From Mizuhopecten yessoensis (Eukaryota): a DNA stretch of 64,000 nt. The position numbers and the translations under genes are program-made. The stretch covers positions 525,584-589,583 of the forward strand of contig NW_018480076.1 of the NCBI RefSeq assembly GCF_002113885.1, in the 5' to 3' direction. The notes under the pieces were generated by a model that saw nothing but the letters and a program-made list of their open reading frames with translations, ran no database searches and was not told where the DNA came from. Below are positions 24,964-38,033 of this stretch, one piece after another. Numbering within the stretch: the stretch's first letter is position 1; each line of letters begins with the position of its first letter.

Positions 24964-27900
24964 AAACACAACTTCTACTGGTCATCCTTCTTGTTTATAA
25001 CAAACACAAACTCTACTGGTCAGCGTTCTAGTTAAAACAAACACAAAGTCTACTGGTCATCATTCTAGTTTATAACAAACACAAACTCTACTGGTCATCG
25101 TTATAGTTAAAACAAACACAAATTATACTGATCATCGTTCTAGTTTAAAACAAACACACATTTCACTAGTCACCATTCTAATTTATAACAAACACACATT
25201 CTACTGGTCATCGTTCTAGTTTATACAAACACAAAGTCTACTGGTCATCATTCTAGTTTATAACAAACACACATTCTACTGGCCACCGTTCTAGTTTATA
25301 ACAAACACGAATTCTGGTGGTCATCGTTCTAGTTTATAGAAACACAAAGTCTACTGGTCACCATTCTTATTTATAACAAACACACATTCTACTGGTCATC
25401 GTTCTAGTTTATAACAACCACACATTTCACTGGTCATCATTCTAGTTTATAACAAACACACATTCTACTGGTCATCGTTCTAGTTTATAACAAAAACAAA
25501 TGTCTACTGGTCATCGTTCTAGTTTATAACAACCACACATTTCACTGGTCATCATTCTAGTTTATAACAAACACACATTCTACTGGTCATCGTTCTAGTT
25601 TATAACAAACACGAATTCTGCTGGTCATCGTTCTAGTTTATAGAAACACAAAGTCTACTGGTCACCATTCTTATTTATAACAAACACACATTCTACTGGT
25701 CATCGTTCTAGTTTATAACAAACACAAATGTCTACTGGTCATCGTTCTAGTTTATAACAAACACAAAGTCTACTGGTCAACGGCCTAAAATATAACAAAC
25801 ACACATTATACTGGTCAACGGCCTAAAATATAAAAGACATACATTATACAGGTCAACGGCGTAAAATATAGCAGACAATCATTCTACTTGTTACCGGTCC
25901 AGTATATAACAAACACACATTCCACTGGTCAACGGCCTAAAATAATACAGACACACATTCTACTGGTCAACGGCCTAAAATATAACAGACACACATTCTA
26001 CTGGTCATCGTTCTAGTTTATAACAAACACACATTATAATGGTCGCTGATCTAGTATATAACAAACACACATTCTACTCGTCAACCGCCTAAAATATAAC
26101 AGACACACATTCTACTGGTCATCATGCTAATTTGTAATGCATTCTACTGGTCACCAATCTAGAATATAATAAACAAACATTCTACTAATCTACCGGATAC
26201 AACTGGTAACCGGTCAATTGTACATCAAACACATATTTTATTGGTCACCATTCTAGTTAATAACAAACACATTCTAATGGTCACTGATCTAGTATATAAC
26301 ACACACATTCTACTCGTCAACCGCCTAAAATATAACAGACACTAATTCTGCTGGTCAACATCCTAAAATATAACAGACAATCATTCTACTTGTTACCGGT
26401 CTAGTATATAACAAACACACATTCTACTGGCCAACGGCCTAAAATATAAAAGACATACATGATACAGGTCAACGGCGTAAAATATAACAGACACACATTC
26501 CACTAGTCAGCGGTGTAAACTACAACACACACACATTCCACTAGTCACCTGTATAAACTATAATATACACACATTCCACTAGTCACCTGTATAAACTATA
26601 ATATACACACATTCCACTAGTCATCGTTCTAGTTTATAACAAACACGCATTATAATGGTCGCTGATCTAGTATATAACAAACACACATGCTACTGGTCAA
26701 CGTCCTGAAATATAACAGACATACATTCTACTGGTAATCGTTCTAGTATATAACAAACACACATTCTACTGGTCAACGGCCTAAAATATAACAGACACAC
26801 ATTCCACTAGTCACCGGTATAAACTACAACAAACACACATTCTACTGGTCAAGGTCCTAAAATATAACAGACACACAGTCCACTTGTCGCCGGTATAAAC
26901 TATAAGAAACACACATTCTACTGGTCAAGGTCCTATAATATAACAGACACACATTCCACTAGTCACCGGTATAAATTACAACAAACACACATTCTACTGG
27001 TCAAGGTCCTATAATATAACAGACACACATTCCACTAGTCACCGGTATAAATTACAACAAACACACATTCTACTGGTCAAGGTCCTATAATATAACAGAC
27101 ACACATTCCACTAGTCACCGGTATAAGCTACAGCAAACACACATTCTACTGGTCACCGGAATAAACTATAACAAACACACGTTCTACTGGTCAACAGCCA
27201 ATAATATAACAGACACACATTCTACTGTTCAACCGGAATAAACTATAACAAACACACATTCTACTGGTCAATAGCCAATAATATAACAGACACACATTCT
27301 ACTGTTCAACCGGAATAAACTATAACAAACACACATTCTACTGGTCAACGGCCTAAAATATAACAGACACACATTCCACTTGTTGCCGGTATAAACTATA
27401 AGAAACACACATTCCACTGGTCAAGGTCCTAAAATATAACAGACACACATTCCACTTGTCGCCGGTATAAACTATAAGAAACACACATTCCACTGGTCAA
27501 GGTCCTAAAATATAACAGACTCACATTCCACTTGTCGCCGGTATAAACTACAAGAAACACACATTCTACTGGTCAAGGTCCTTAAATATAACAGACACAC
27601 ATTCCACTAGTCACCGGTATAAATTACAACAAACACACATTCTACTGGTCAAGGTCCTAAAATATAACAGACTCACATTCCACTTGTCGCCGGTATAAAC
27701 TATAAGAAACACACATTCCACTGGTCAAGGTCCTAAAATATAACAGACTCACATTCCACTTGTCGCCGGTATAAACTATAAGAAACACACATTCCACTGG
27801 TCAAGGTCCTAAAATATAACAGACTCACATTCCACTTGTCGCCGGTATAAACTATAAGAAACACACATTCTACTGGTCAAGGTCCTTAAATATAACAGAC

Positions 27901-30900
27901 ACACATTCCACTAGTCACCGGTATAAGCTACAGCAAACACACATTCTACTGGTCACCGGAATAAACTATAACAAACACACGTTCTACTGGTCAACAGCCA
28001 ATAATATAACAGACACACATTCTACTGGTCACCGGTATAAACTATAACAAACACACATTCTACTGGACAACAGCCAATAATATAACAGACACACATTCTA
28101 CTGTTGAACCGGTATAAACTATAACAAACACACATTCTACTGGACAACAGCCAATAATATAACAGACACACATTCTACTGTTCAACCGGTATAAACTCTA
28201 ACAAACACACATTCTACTGGTCAACGGCCTAAAATATAACAGACACCCATTCCACTAGTCACCGGTATAAACTACAGCAAACACACATTCTACTGGTCAC
28301 CGGTATAAACTATAACAAACACAAATTCTATTGGTCAACAGCCAATAATATAACAGACACACATTCTACTGTTCAACCGGTATAAACTATAACAAACACA
28401 CATTCTACTGGTCAACGGCCTATAATATAACAGACACACATTCCACTAGTCACCGGTATAAACTACAACAAACACGAATTCACCAGTCTGGTCAATAACA
28501 GACATGTCATCTACTGGTTAAAGGTCTAGTATATTACAGACACACATTCACCAGTCCGGTCAATAACAGACAAGTCGTCTACTGGTTACAGGTCTAGTAT
28601 ATTACAGACATACATTCACCAGTCTAGTCAATAACAGACATCTCGTCTACTGATAACATATCTAGTATATAACAGACACACATTCATCAGTCTTGTCAAC
28701 AACAGACATGTCATCTACTGGTTAAAGGTCTAGTATATTACAGACACACATTCACCAGTCCGGTCAATAACAGACATGTCGTCTACTGGTCACTGGTCTA
28801 GTATATTACAGACACACATTCACCAGTCTGGTCAATAACAGACATGTCTTCTACTGGTTACAGGTCTAGTATATAACAGACACACATTCACCAGTCTGGT
28901 CAAAAACAGACACGTCTTCTACTGGTTACAGGTCTAGTATATTACAGACACACATTCACCAGTCTGGTCAATAACAGACATGTCGTCTGCTGGTTACAGG
29001 TCTAGAATATTACAGACACACAATCACCAGTCTGGTCAAAAACAGACATGTCGTCTACTGGTTACAGGTCTAGGATATTACAGACACACATGCACCAGTC
29101 TGGTCAATAATAGACATGTCGTCTGCTGGTTACAGGGCTAGAATATTACAGACACACATCTACAGCAAACACACATTCTACTGGTCAACGGCCTATAATA
29201 TAACAGACACACATTCTACTGTTCAACCGGTATAAACTATAACAAACACACATTTCACTGGTCATCATTCTAGTTTATAACAAACACACATTATACTGGT
29301 CAACGGCCTATAATATAACAGACACACATTCCACTAGTCACCGGTATAAACTATAACAAACACACATTATACTGGTCAACGGCCTATAATATAACAGACA
29401 CACATTCTACTGTTCAACCGGTATAAACTATAACAAACACAAATTCTGCTGGTCATCGTTCTAGTTTATAACAAACACGAATTCTGCTGGTCATCGTTCT
29501 AGTTTATAACAAACACACATTCTACTGGTCATCGTTCTAGTTTATAACAAACACACATTATACTGGTCAACGGCCTATAATATAACAGACACACATTCCA
29601 CTAGTCACCGGTATAAACTACAGCAAACACACATTCTACTGGTCATCGTTCTAGTTTATAACAAACACACATTCTACTGGTCAACGGCCTAAAATATAAC
29701 AAACACACATTTCACTGGTCATCATTCTAGTTTATAACAAACACGAATTCTGCTGGTCATCGTTCTAGTTTATAACAAACACGAATTCTGCTGGTCATCG
29801 TTCTAGTTTATACAAACACAAAGTCTACTGGTCATCATTCTAGTTTATAACAAACACGAATTCTGCTGGTCATCGTTCTAGTTTATAACAAACACACATT
29901 CTACTGGTCAACGGCCTAAAATATAACAAACACTCATTATACTGGTCAACGGCCTATAATATAACAGACACACATTCACCAGGCTGGTCAATAACAGACA
30001 TGTAATCTACTGGTTATAGGTTTAGTATATTACAGACGCCCATTCAACAGTTTGGTCAATAACAGACATGGCATCTACTGGTTATAGGTCAAGTATATTA
30101 CAGACGCACCTTCAACAGTTTGGTCAATAACAGACATGTTCTACTGGTCAACGGCCTATAATATAACAGACACACATTCACCACTCTGGTCAAAAACAGA
30201 CATGTCGTCTGCTGGTTACAGGTCTAGAATATTACAGACGCACAATCACCAGTCTGGGCAAAAACAGACATGTCGGCTACTGGTTACAGGTCTAGAATAT
30301 TACGGACACACAATCACCAGTCTGGTCAAAACCAGACATGTCTTCTACTGGTTACAAGCCTAGTATATTACAGACGAACATTCAACAGTTTGGTCAATAA
30401 CAGACATGGCGTCTACTGGTAATAGGTCTAGTATATCACAGACGCACATTCAACATTCTGGTCAATAACAGACTTGTCATCTACTGGTTATAAGTCTAGT
30501 ATATTACAGATACACATTCACCAGTCTGTTCAATAACAGACATGTCACCTACTGGTTATAGGTCTATTATATTACAGACGCACAATCACCAGTCTGGGCA
30601 AAAACAGACATGTCGTCTGCTGGTTACAGGTCTAGAATATTACAGACATACAATCACCAGTCTGGTCAAAAACATACATGTCGTCTACTGGTATTAGGTC
30701 GAGTATATTAGAGACGCACATTCAACAGACTGGTCAATAACAGACACGTCATCTACTGGTTATACGTCTAGTATATTACAGATACACATTCACCAGTCTG
30801 GTTAGTCATCGTTCTAGTTTATACAAACACAAAGTCTACTGGTCATCATTCTAGTTTATAACAAACACACATTCTACTGGTCACCGGTATAAACTATAAC

Positions 30901-33774
30901 AAACACAAATTCTACTGGTCATCGTTCTAGTTTATAACAAACACGAATTCTGCTGGTCATCGTTCTAGTTTATACAAACACAAAGTCTACTGGTCATCAT
31001 TCTAGTTTATAACAAACACACATTATACTGGTCAACGGCCTAAAATATAACAAACACTCATTATACTGGTCAACGGCCTAAAATATAACAAACACTCATT
31101 ATACTGGTCAACGGCCTAAAATATAACAAACACTCATTATACTGGTCAACGGCCTATAATATAACAGACACACATTCTACTGTTCAACCGGTATAAACTA
31201 TAACAAACACACATTCTACTGGTCACCGGTATAAACTATAACAAACACAAATTCTGCTGGTCATCGTTCTAGTTTATACAAACACAAAGTCTACTGGTCA
31301 TCATTCTAGTTTATAACAAACACGAATTCTGCTGGTCATCGTTCTAGTTTATACAAACACAAAGTCTACTGGTCATCATTCTAGTTTATAACAAACACAC
31401 ATTCTACTGGTCATCGTTCTAGTTTATACAAACACAAAGTCTACTGGTCATCATTCTAGTTTATAACAAACACGAATTCTGCTGGTCATCGTTCTAGTTT
31501 ATAACAAACACACATTATACTGGTCAACGGCCTAAAATATAACAAACACACATTTCACTGGTCATCATTCTAGTTTATAACAAACACACATTATACTGGT
31601 CAACGGCCTAAAATATAACAAACACTCATTATACTGGTCAACGGCCTATAATATAACAGACACACATTCCACTAGTCACCGGTATAAACTATAACAAACA
31701 CACATTATACTGGTCAACGGCCTAAAATATAACAAACACACATTTCACTGGTCATCATTCTAGTTTATAACAAACACACATTCTACTGGTCAACGGCCTA
31801 AAATATAACAAACACTCATTATACTGGTCAACGGCCTATAATATAACAGACACACATTCACCGGTCTGGTCAATAACAGACGTGTCGTCTACTGGTTATA
31901 GATCTAGTATATTACAGACATCAACGGCCTATAATATAACAGACACACATTCACCACTCTGGTCAAAAACAGACACGTCTTCTACTGGTTACAAGCCTAG
32001 TATATTACAGACGCACAATCAACAGTCTGGTCAATATCTGACATGTCATCTACTGGCTATAGGTCTAGTATATTAAAGACGCACATTCAACACTCTGGTC
32101 AATAACAGACTAATGGTCGCTGATCTAGTATATAACAAACACACATTCTACTGGTCACCGGTATAAACTATAACAAACACAAATTCTATTGGTCAACAGC
32201 CAATAATATAACAGACACACATTCTACTGTTCAACCGGTATAAACTATAACAAACACACATTATACTGGTCAACGGCCTATAATATAACAGACACACATT
32301 CACCGGTCTGGTCAATAACAGACATGTCATCTACTGGTTATAGGTCTAGCATATTACAGACACACATTCACCAGTCTGCTCAATTACAGACATGTCGTCT
32401 ACTGGTAATAGGTCTAGTATATTACAGACGCACATTAAACAGTCTGGTCAATAACACACAAGTCGTCTACTGGTTATAGATCTAGTATATTACATCCCCT
32501 CATTCAACAGCCTGGTCAATAACAGTCAAGTCGTCTACTGGTTATACGTCTAGTATATTACAGACACAAAATCATCAGATTTGTCAATAACAGACATGTC
32601 GCCTACTGGTTACAGGTCTAGTATATAACAGACTGATGAATGTGTGTCTGTTATATACTAGACCTGTCACCAGTCGACGACTTGTCTGTTATTGACCGGA
32701 CTTGTGAATGTGTGTCTGTTATATTATTGGCTGTTGACCAGTAGAACGTGTGTTTGAGACTGTTGAATGTGTGTCTGTAATATTAGACGACATGTCTGTA
32801 TACCAATATGTCATATCACGTCAAACCAGCAGACGACATGTCTGTTAATGACCAGACTGGTGAATGAGTGTCTGTAATATACTAGCCCTATAACCAGCAG
32901 ACGACACGTCTGTTATTGACCAGAATGTTGAATGTGCGTCTGTAATATGCTAGACCTATATCCAGTAGATGACATGTCTGTTACTGACCAGACTGTTGAA
33001 TGTGCGTCTGGAATATACTAGACCTATAAGCAATAGACAACATGTCTGTTATTGACAAATCTGATGATTTTGTGTCTGTAATATACTAGTCCTATAACCA
33101 GTAGACGACTTGTCTGTTATTGACCAGCCTGTTGAATGTGCGTCTGTAATATACTAGACATGTAACCAGTAGAAGACATGTCTGTTTTTGACCAGACTGG
33201 TGAATGAGTGTCTGTAATATACTAGACCTATAAGCAATAGACAACATGTCTGTTATTGACCCGACTGGTGAATGTGTGTCTGCAATATGCTAGACCTATA
33301 ACCAGTCGAGGACATGTCTGTTATTGACAAATCTGATGATTTTGTGTCTGTAATATACTAGCCCTATAACCAGTAGATGACATGTCTGATATTGACCAGA
33401 CTGGTGTATGTGTGTCTGTAATATGCTAGACCTATAACCAGTCGAGGACATGTCTGTTATTGAGCAGACTGGTGAATGGGTGTCTGTAATATGCTAGACC
33501 TGTAACCAGTAGATGACATGTCTGATATTGACCAGACTGGTGGATGTGTGTCTGTAATATACAAGACCTGTAACCGGTAGATTACATGTCTGTTATTCTC
33601 TAGTCTGGTCAATAACAGCCATGTGTCATCTACTGGTAATAGGTCTAATATATTACAGACGCACAATCAACAGTCTGGTCAATAACACACAAGTCGTCTA
33701 CTGGTTATACGTCTAGTATATTACAGACGCTCATTCAACAGTCTGGTCAATAACAGACATGTCGTCTGCTGGTT
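24964..33774. repeat. ~8.8-kb intronic satellite: 38-bp monomers, 76-bp dimers and a derived 68-bp (30+38) unit, with an inverted block at ~32630-33597
   Basis: 38-mer AAACACACATTCTACTGGTCATCGTTCTAGTTTATAAC; 68-mer starts at 28741 and 28809; reverse-complement units from ~32630 to ~33597. Confidence 0.95.
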
Positions 33775-35039
33775 TGACCTGATATGACATATTGGTATCT
33801 ATTTGCAGATAATAGCTCCAGTCTACTAAAAGCTTCTTCAATAATGCAAAGTTTACCGTCATGTGTAATAATTTTTTTGTCAAATTGTCATATTTTCTCT
33901 GAAAGTCAATACAACAGACGTAATGCTAAGTACACACAACACCCTGGGGTGTTAACGCGTGTTTGTCAAACATACGTACAGGAAATTCCATTCTCCACCG
34001 CGCATTGGACATGCTCCAGTTGCGGCCGAAGTGCATTAGATCCAGCAAACCTGAAGTTTTGTGCTCATGAAGAAAATACGTGTATTACAGTGGATAAGAA
34101 ACGGACAGGCCTATTAGTTTAAATTGCGCATGAATTTTACATGACGACACAGTCAATATTGATGTATCTTGTGGGTTGATCTGTAGCGAAGGGAACAAAT
34201 GAACAGCCACATCAAATTATTTATTTTTTCGCGACCGTTGAAGATCTTAATGAAATTAACAAAACGGACAAGCGAGCGATATTTTCTTTTCGATACGCAA
34301 TATTTTGGTGCTCTTACCTAAACGATGGAGCGAGCAGGCACTTTTATTTTTTTACATACAGTGACGTTCTATAGGTCTCTCACGTTCAATATTTTCCTAT
34401 TTGGTTATATGTTGAATAATTTACTATTTTCCAAAATGTACATGACTTCTTATTTCGTCCCAAGGCAGTATGTTTGCATATATCAAATCTACTAATACAA
34501 GAACACATCCGCAGAGATCTTCACTGGTTTTATTATGCTTACACAGTACTTTTAGTGTTCAGAAGTTCTGGAGTTTCCATCAATACCGTTATTGAAAGGG
34601 GAATAAAGGATAATTACAAAAAAAGATTAAAAATTACTTCTGGACCTACATGGGTCATCTGATAAACATAGCGGATAATCACGGTGGGTTTTTTTTTAAA
34701 CAAAATACCTCCTTGTCTCAAATTCGGTTTCACACGTTTCCGAACATAGGTATGGTACATTGTATTTTCTACTTGGGTTTGCACTAATTCTTCCAATTGC
34801 ATTCGATCATCCGAACGCGCAGATAACCTCGTTTGAAAATAATCCATGAAGACATGACAGCTCAACAGAACCTGATCAAAATGTTGGTATCCTTAACCTA
34901 ACAATGAACTTTCCTGATAACGTTATAAAACACACAGAGCAATCATCCTCGAAATAAAATATCCTTGTTCGGATAAAGGGCAACAAGTTCAAAAAACTGT
35001 CAAAACCGAAAACCACTGCGCACTGATACCATCTTTTCT

Positions 35040-35310
35040 AGATTATGTTAATTATGTTACATAGTTCATTAATAATACTGAATAGGAAATTAATTATATT
35101 AGACAGGTAATTAATTATGTTTAGTTTGTCATTAGTACTGCTAGATAAGGCATTAATTATATTAGATAGGTCATTAATTATGTAAGATAGGTCATTACTA
35201 GTGTAGATAGTCATTATGTTAGATAGGTCATTAATTATGTAAGATAGGTCATTACTAGTGTAGATAGTCATTAATTATGTTAGAAAAGGTCATTAATAAT
35301 ATTAGATAGG
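35040..35310. repeat. 21-bp tandem repeat (ATTAATTATGTTAGATAGGTC)
   Basis: About 12 copies; 7-aa periodicity in the spurious minus-strand ORF. Confidence 0.85.
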
Positions 35311-36595
35311 GCTTTAAATTACAGAGGTCCAGGCTGGTGACAAGTGAGATGATAAAATAGGGACTTTAGACGACATGATAACAACATAAAGGCAAATACA
35401 CGGACATGTATTTTCAATAACGTAATGCGTTTCTTCCCAATCCTTTTTTAATACTATTTCTGTCATCAATCTTTGTCATCGGATTTCCGAGAATTGCCAA
35501 TGACAATGCTCCAGAGACTGTATATCGATAACACGTTTTGCTACTTCGCCAGAGTAGTAATGACATGCTCGGGTCAGGCAACCTGACACGGCTAGCTTAT
35601 CAATCATAGATAGTTAACGATAGAACTATAATGATGACCCTGTTGGTAAGAACTCAAAACGTATTACCAGCTGTGGTGAAAATTGACAAGTTTATTTTTC
35701 CTTGGTATTCTTTTATTACATTCTGTATTGTTATTTTTAACGGCATTTTGAAAACCTTGGGTAAGGTTCGCAGAAATAAGCCGTTCTGAGAAAAATCTTA
35801 GCAACCTGCAAAAATATAGACGCATCCAAGTACCTTACATATAGGCTGCATAGGTAATTGAAATAATTCAGTTTAAAGGCTACAATTTCTAGGGGCCTTT
35901 TCAACCAGGCAGCTGCCTCCAATGCTCATATAGTTTTCTATAATCACCTCGGCGCTAACACACTTTTTAAAAGTTACTCGTAAAAAGTGTTGGGGGGGGG
36001 GGGAGCTGAGTGCTGCCAATGTCTGCATACACCACGCCATATTGCTGATAGATATAAATCTCCATTTAAATTCCGCCGAAAATATGGTGACGACATCCCA
36101 AAGGCAATCATCTCTTTCGGATCACGTGTATAACATGATTCGGACAAAAGTTCGTCACATAGTTTATAACGAATCGTAGAAGTGACCAAACGCCGCATAA
36201 AGTTGTTTTTTTCCAACTTCTTTATTATTTGTTTCTGCTTGTTGTTGTTGTTGTTGTTGTAAAAGAACGCAGCAAAACAAATGATGTTTAGAAAGGCCCC
36301 AAGATGTGTTTGTTGTTAAAAGTGAAAATGGTGTTGCTGATATTACTAATTGATTTAAGCCCAAATTCAAGTTTTAATATGAATTTTTTGTAAACACACC
36401 AACAAATGCAGATTGTGCATAACTAAATATCATGATGCGGAAGAAATCTGAAATAGAATAATAAAAATGACTTTCCAGTACCTCAAAATATAAGTCACGT
36501 GTGTACTGTTTTCAGTGCTACAGTGTATCCTTGTCTTGTGTACCGCCGGAAGTGTTATTTGAGTGTTACATGTAGCAGAGTGTCCGGTCCCGTAT

Positions 36596-36672
36596 TAGTA
36601 TCGCTCAACCAGACGCTTGATCACGTATATAGTAGCTTGTGTAGAAAACAAGTGTCTGGTTGAACGAGACTA
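36596..36672. mobile_element. 77-bp mini-MITE, TAGT...ACTA termini, probable 9-bp TSD
   Basis: TAGTATCGCTCAACCAGACGCTTG / CAAGTGTCTGGTTGAACGAGACTA inverted arms; flanks GTCCCGTAT and ATTCCGTAT (7/9). Confidence 0.75.
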
Positions 36673-37172
36673 ATTCCGTATATGTGGAGCTTCCGCGTGT
36701 TTCCTGTGTAACATATACATGTAATCTTTGCGTCAAAACCATAACAAAGTATTGTATCCCAATGGTCCTGGACGTGAGCGTTTTGCGATACTGTATTGCG
36801 TAATCAAAATGTTTTACACGTGTTTTTCGAAGATAATCGATTGTCCGGTATTGCAGTTAGTAAAATAATAACGGACGCTATTTCCTTAACGTAATCGGTC
36901 ACACAAACCATCAATCAGATTACTGCTGAGGTTTGTAAGATACAAAAAATCTCGTTACTATCATATTAAATTAGTTTAAAGTAATACAGGCATCTGTATA
37001 TACGCCATCTTAATTTATTTAATGTAAATTGAAAAGGTTAGATGTAGGTTAGATGTAGGTTAGATGTGAAGAAATTCTGCCTTTCGATATTGTTTATTTG
37101 CCCTGCGCTTCCATATTTGAATCTTTCTTATAATAAAACTGATAACATATTTGAATTATTTTTTATTAACAG

Positions 37173-38033
37173 GTACAAATAGTAGTCACTATGGCCACCG
37201 GAAGACACAACTACGTCATAGACCTTACTGTGATCCGATTGGCTAGCCTTAATCAGATGTTAGATCCTTGGATTTACATTCTACTCCGGAAGACTATTCT
37301 TGACAAACTGAAACTAAGTTTTAAAAAAGTCTTCTGCTTTTGTTGTCCGACTCAAGAGGTAGAGGAAGGTACAGACCAAAATGCGCATGCTCATCATCTT
37401 AGATGTTTCCGTAAGCAATACAATACTGCAGGACCGCAGCATCTGTGTCACTATCAGAACATACCGGCGGGAGTAGGGTCGTGTCGAAATCACTCAAAGA
37501 AATGTTCTAAAAGATCAGACGGAAGTAGGAATAAAAAACATTCACTTCCGGATGTTATGAGAGAGGCACACTCACTCAGTCCCCAGGGTGACTTGCTGAG
37601 ACCGGATGTTGCAGCTGGCGACACCTACAATGAAATATGCAATCAATGTCAATCAACTCATACTCATTCAAAATTAGAGAAAAAATCGTCGGTCCCGATA
37701 GAATGTGCTTACGCTAACAGTGTACTTATGGGACAACAGTGTAACCATGGTTCTGATGACGACAGTGACAGTTCAACGAGCCATGAACACTGTAACATTT
37801 GCTCGGGTGTGGAAGAGTCGCAGACTAACGATGTATTCTCCGATCCGGCGGTAGAGACCCTAGAGTCAGAGGTGTTCATGACAAAAACCACAACCAACAG
37901 CGGAGGTGGTGGAGGGGAGTCCAACAACCTTCTACAGGCTCCCGTGTCCAGTTCCCGCCGCCACCTCTACTCTGACGTCATTCCATCGTTTAGGTCATTT
38001 CGCCTTCCCAGGTATGTAGCATTAGCAAGTTAA
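37173..38033 (+). CDS. Prostanoid receptor second coding exon: ECL3, TM7 and long C-terminal tail (read-through form, 587 aa total)
   Basis: IRLASLNQMLDPWIYILLRK is the prostanoid TM7 signature (conserved Arg, DPWIY in place of NPxxY); the acceptor AG at 37171-37172 is in frame with the listed ORF; stop TAA at 38031-38033. Confidence 0.93.
   Translation, partial: VQIVVTMATGRHNYVIDLTVIRLASLNQMLDPWIYILLRKTILDKLKLSFKKVFCFCCPTQEVEEGTDQNAHAHHLRCFRKQYNTAGPQHLCHYQNIPAGVGSCRNHSKKCSKRSDGSRNKKHSLPDVMREAHSLSPQGDLLRPDVAAGDTYNEICNQCQSTHTHSKLEKKSSVPIECAYANSVLMGQQCNHGSDDDSDSSTSHEHCNICSGVEESQTNDVFSDPAVETLESEVFMTKTTTNSGGGGGESNNLLQAPVSSSRRHLYSDVIPSFRSFRLPRYVALAS

Larger units (their letters stand above)
24741..37172 (+). 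other. 12,432-bp phase-0 GT-AG intron of the prostanoid receptor gene
   Basis: GTAAGT donor and TTATTTTTTATTAACAG acceptor; joining gives in-frame CWAPLM|VQIVVTMATG. Confidence 0.92.

Noticed and set aside
24964-33774. CRISPR-like regular 30-38-bp periodicity
   Set aside because: No unique spacers, units are contiguous homologues, no cas genes, and the array lies inside a spliceosomal intron.
37191-38033. Stand-alone 280-aa protein starting at ATG 37191
   Set aside because: It is the second coding exon of the receptor; the ATG is an internal Met six codons after the acceptor.
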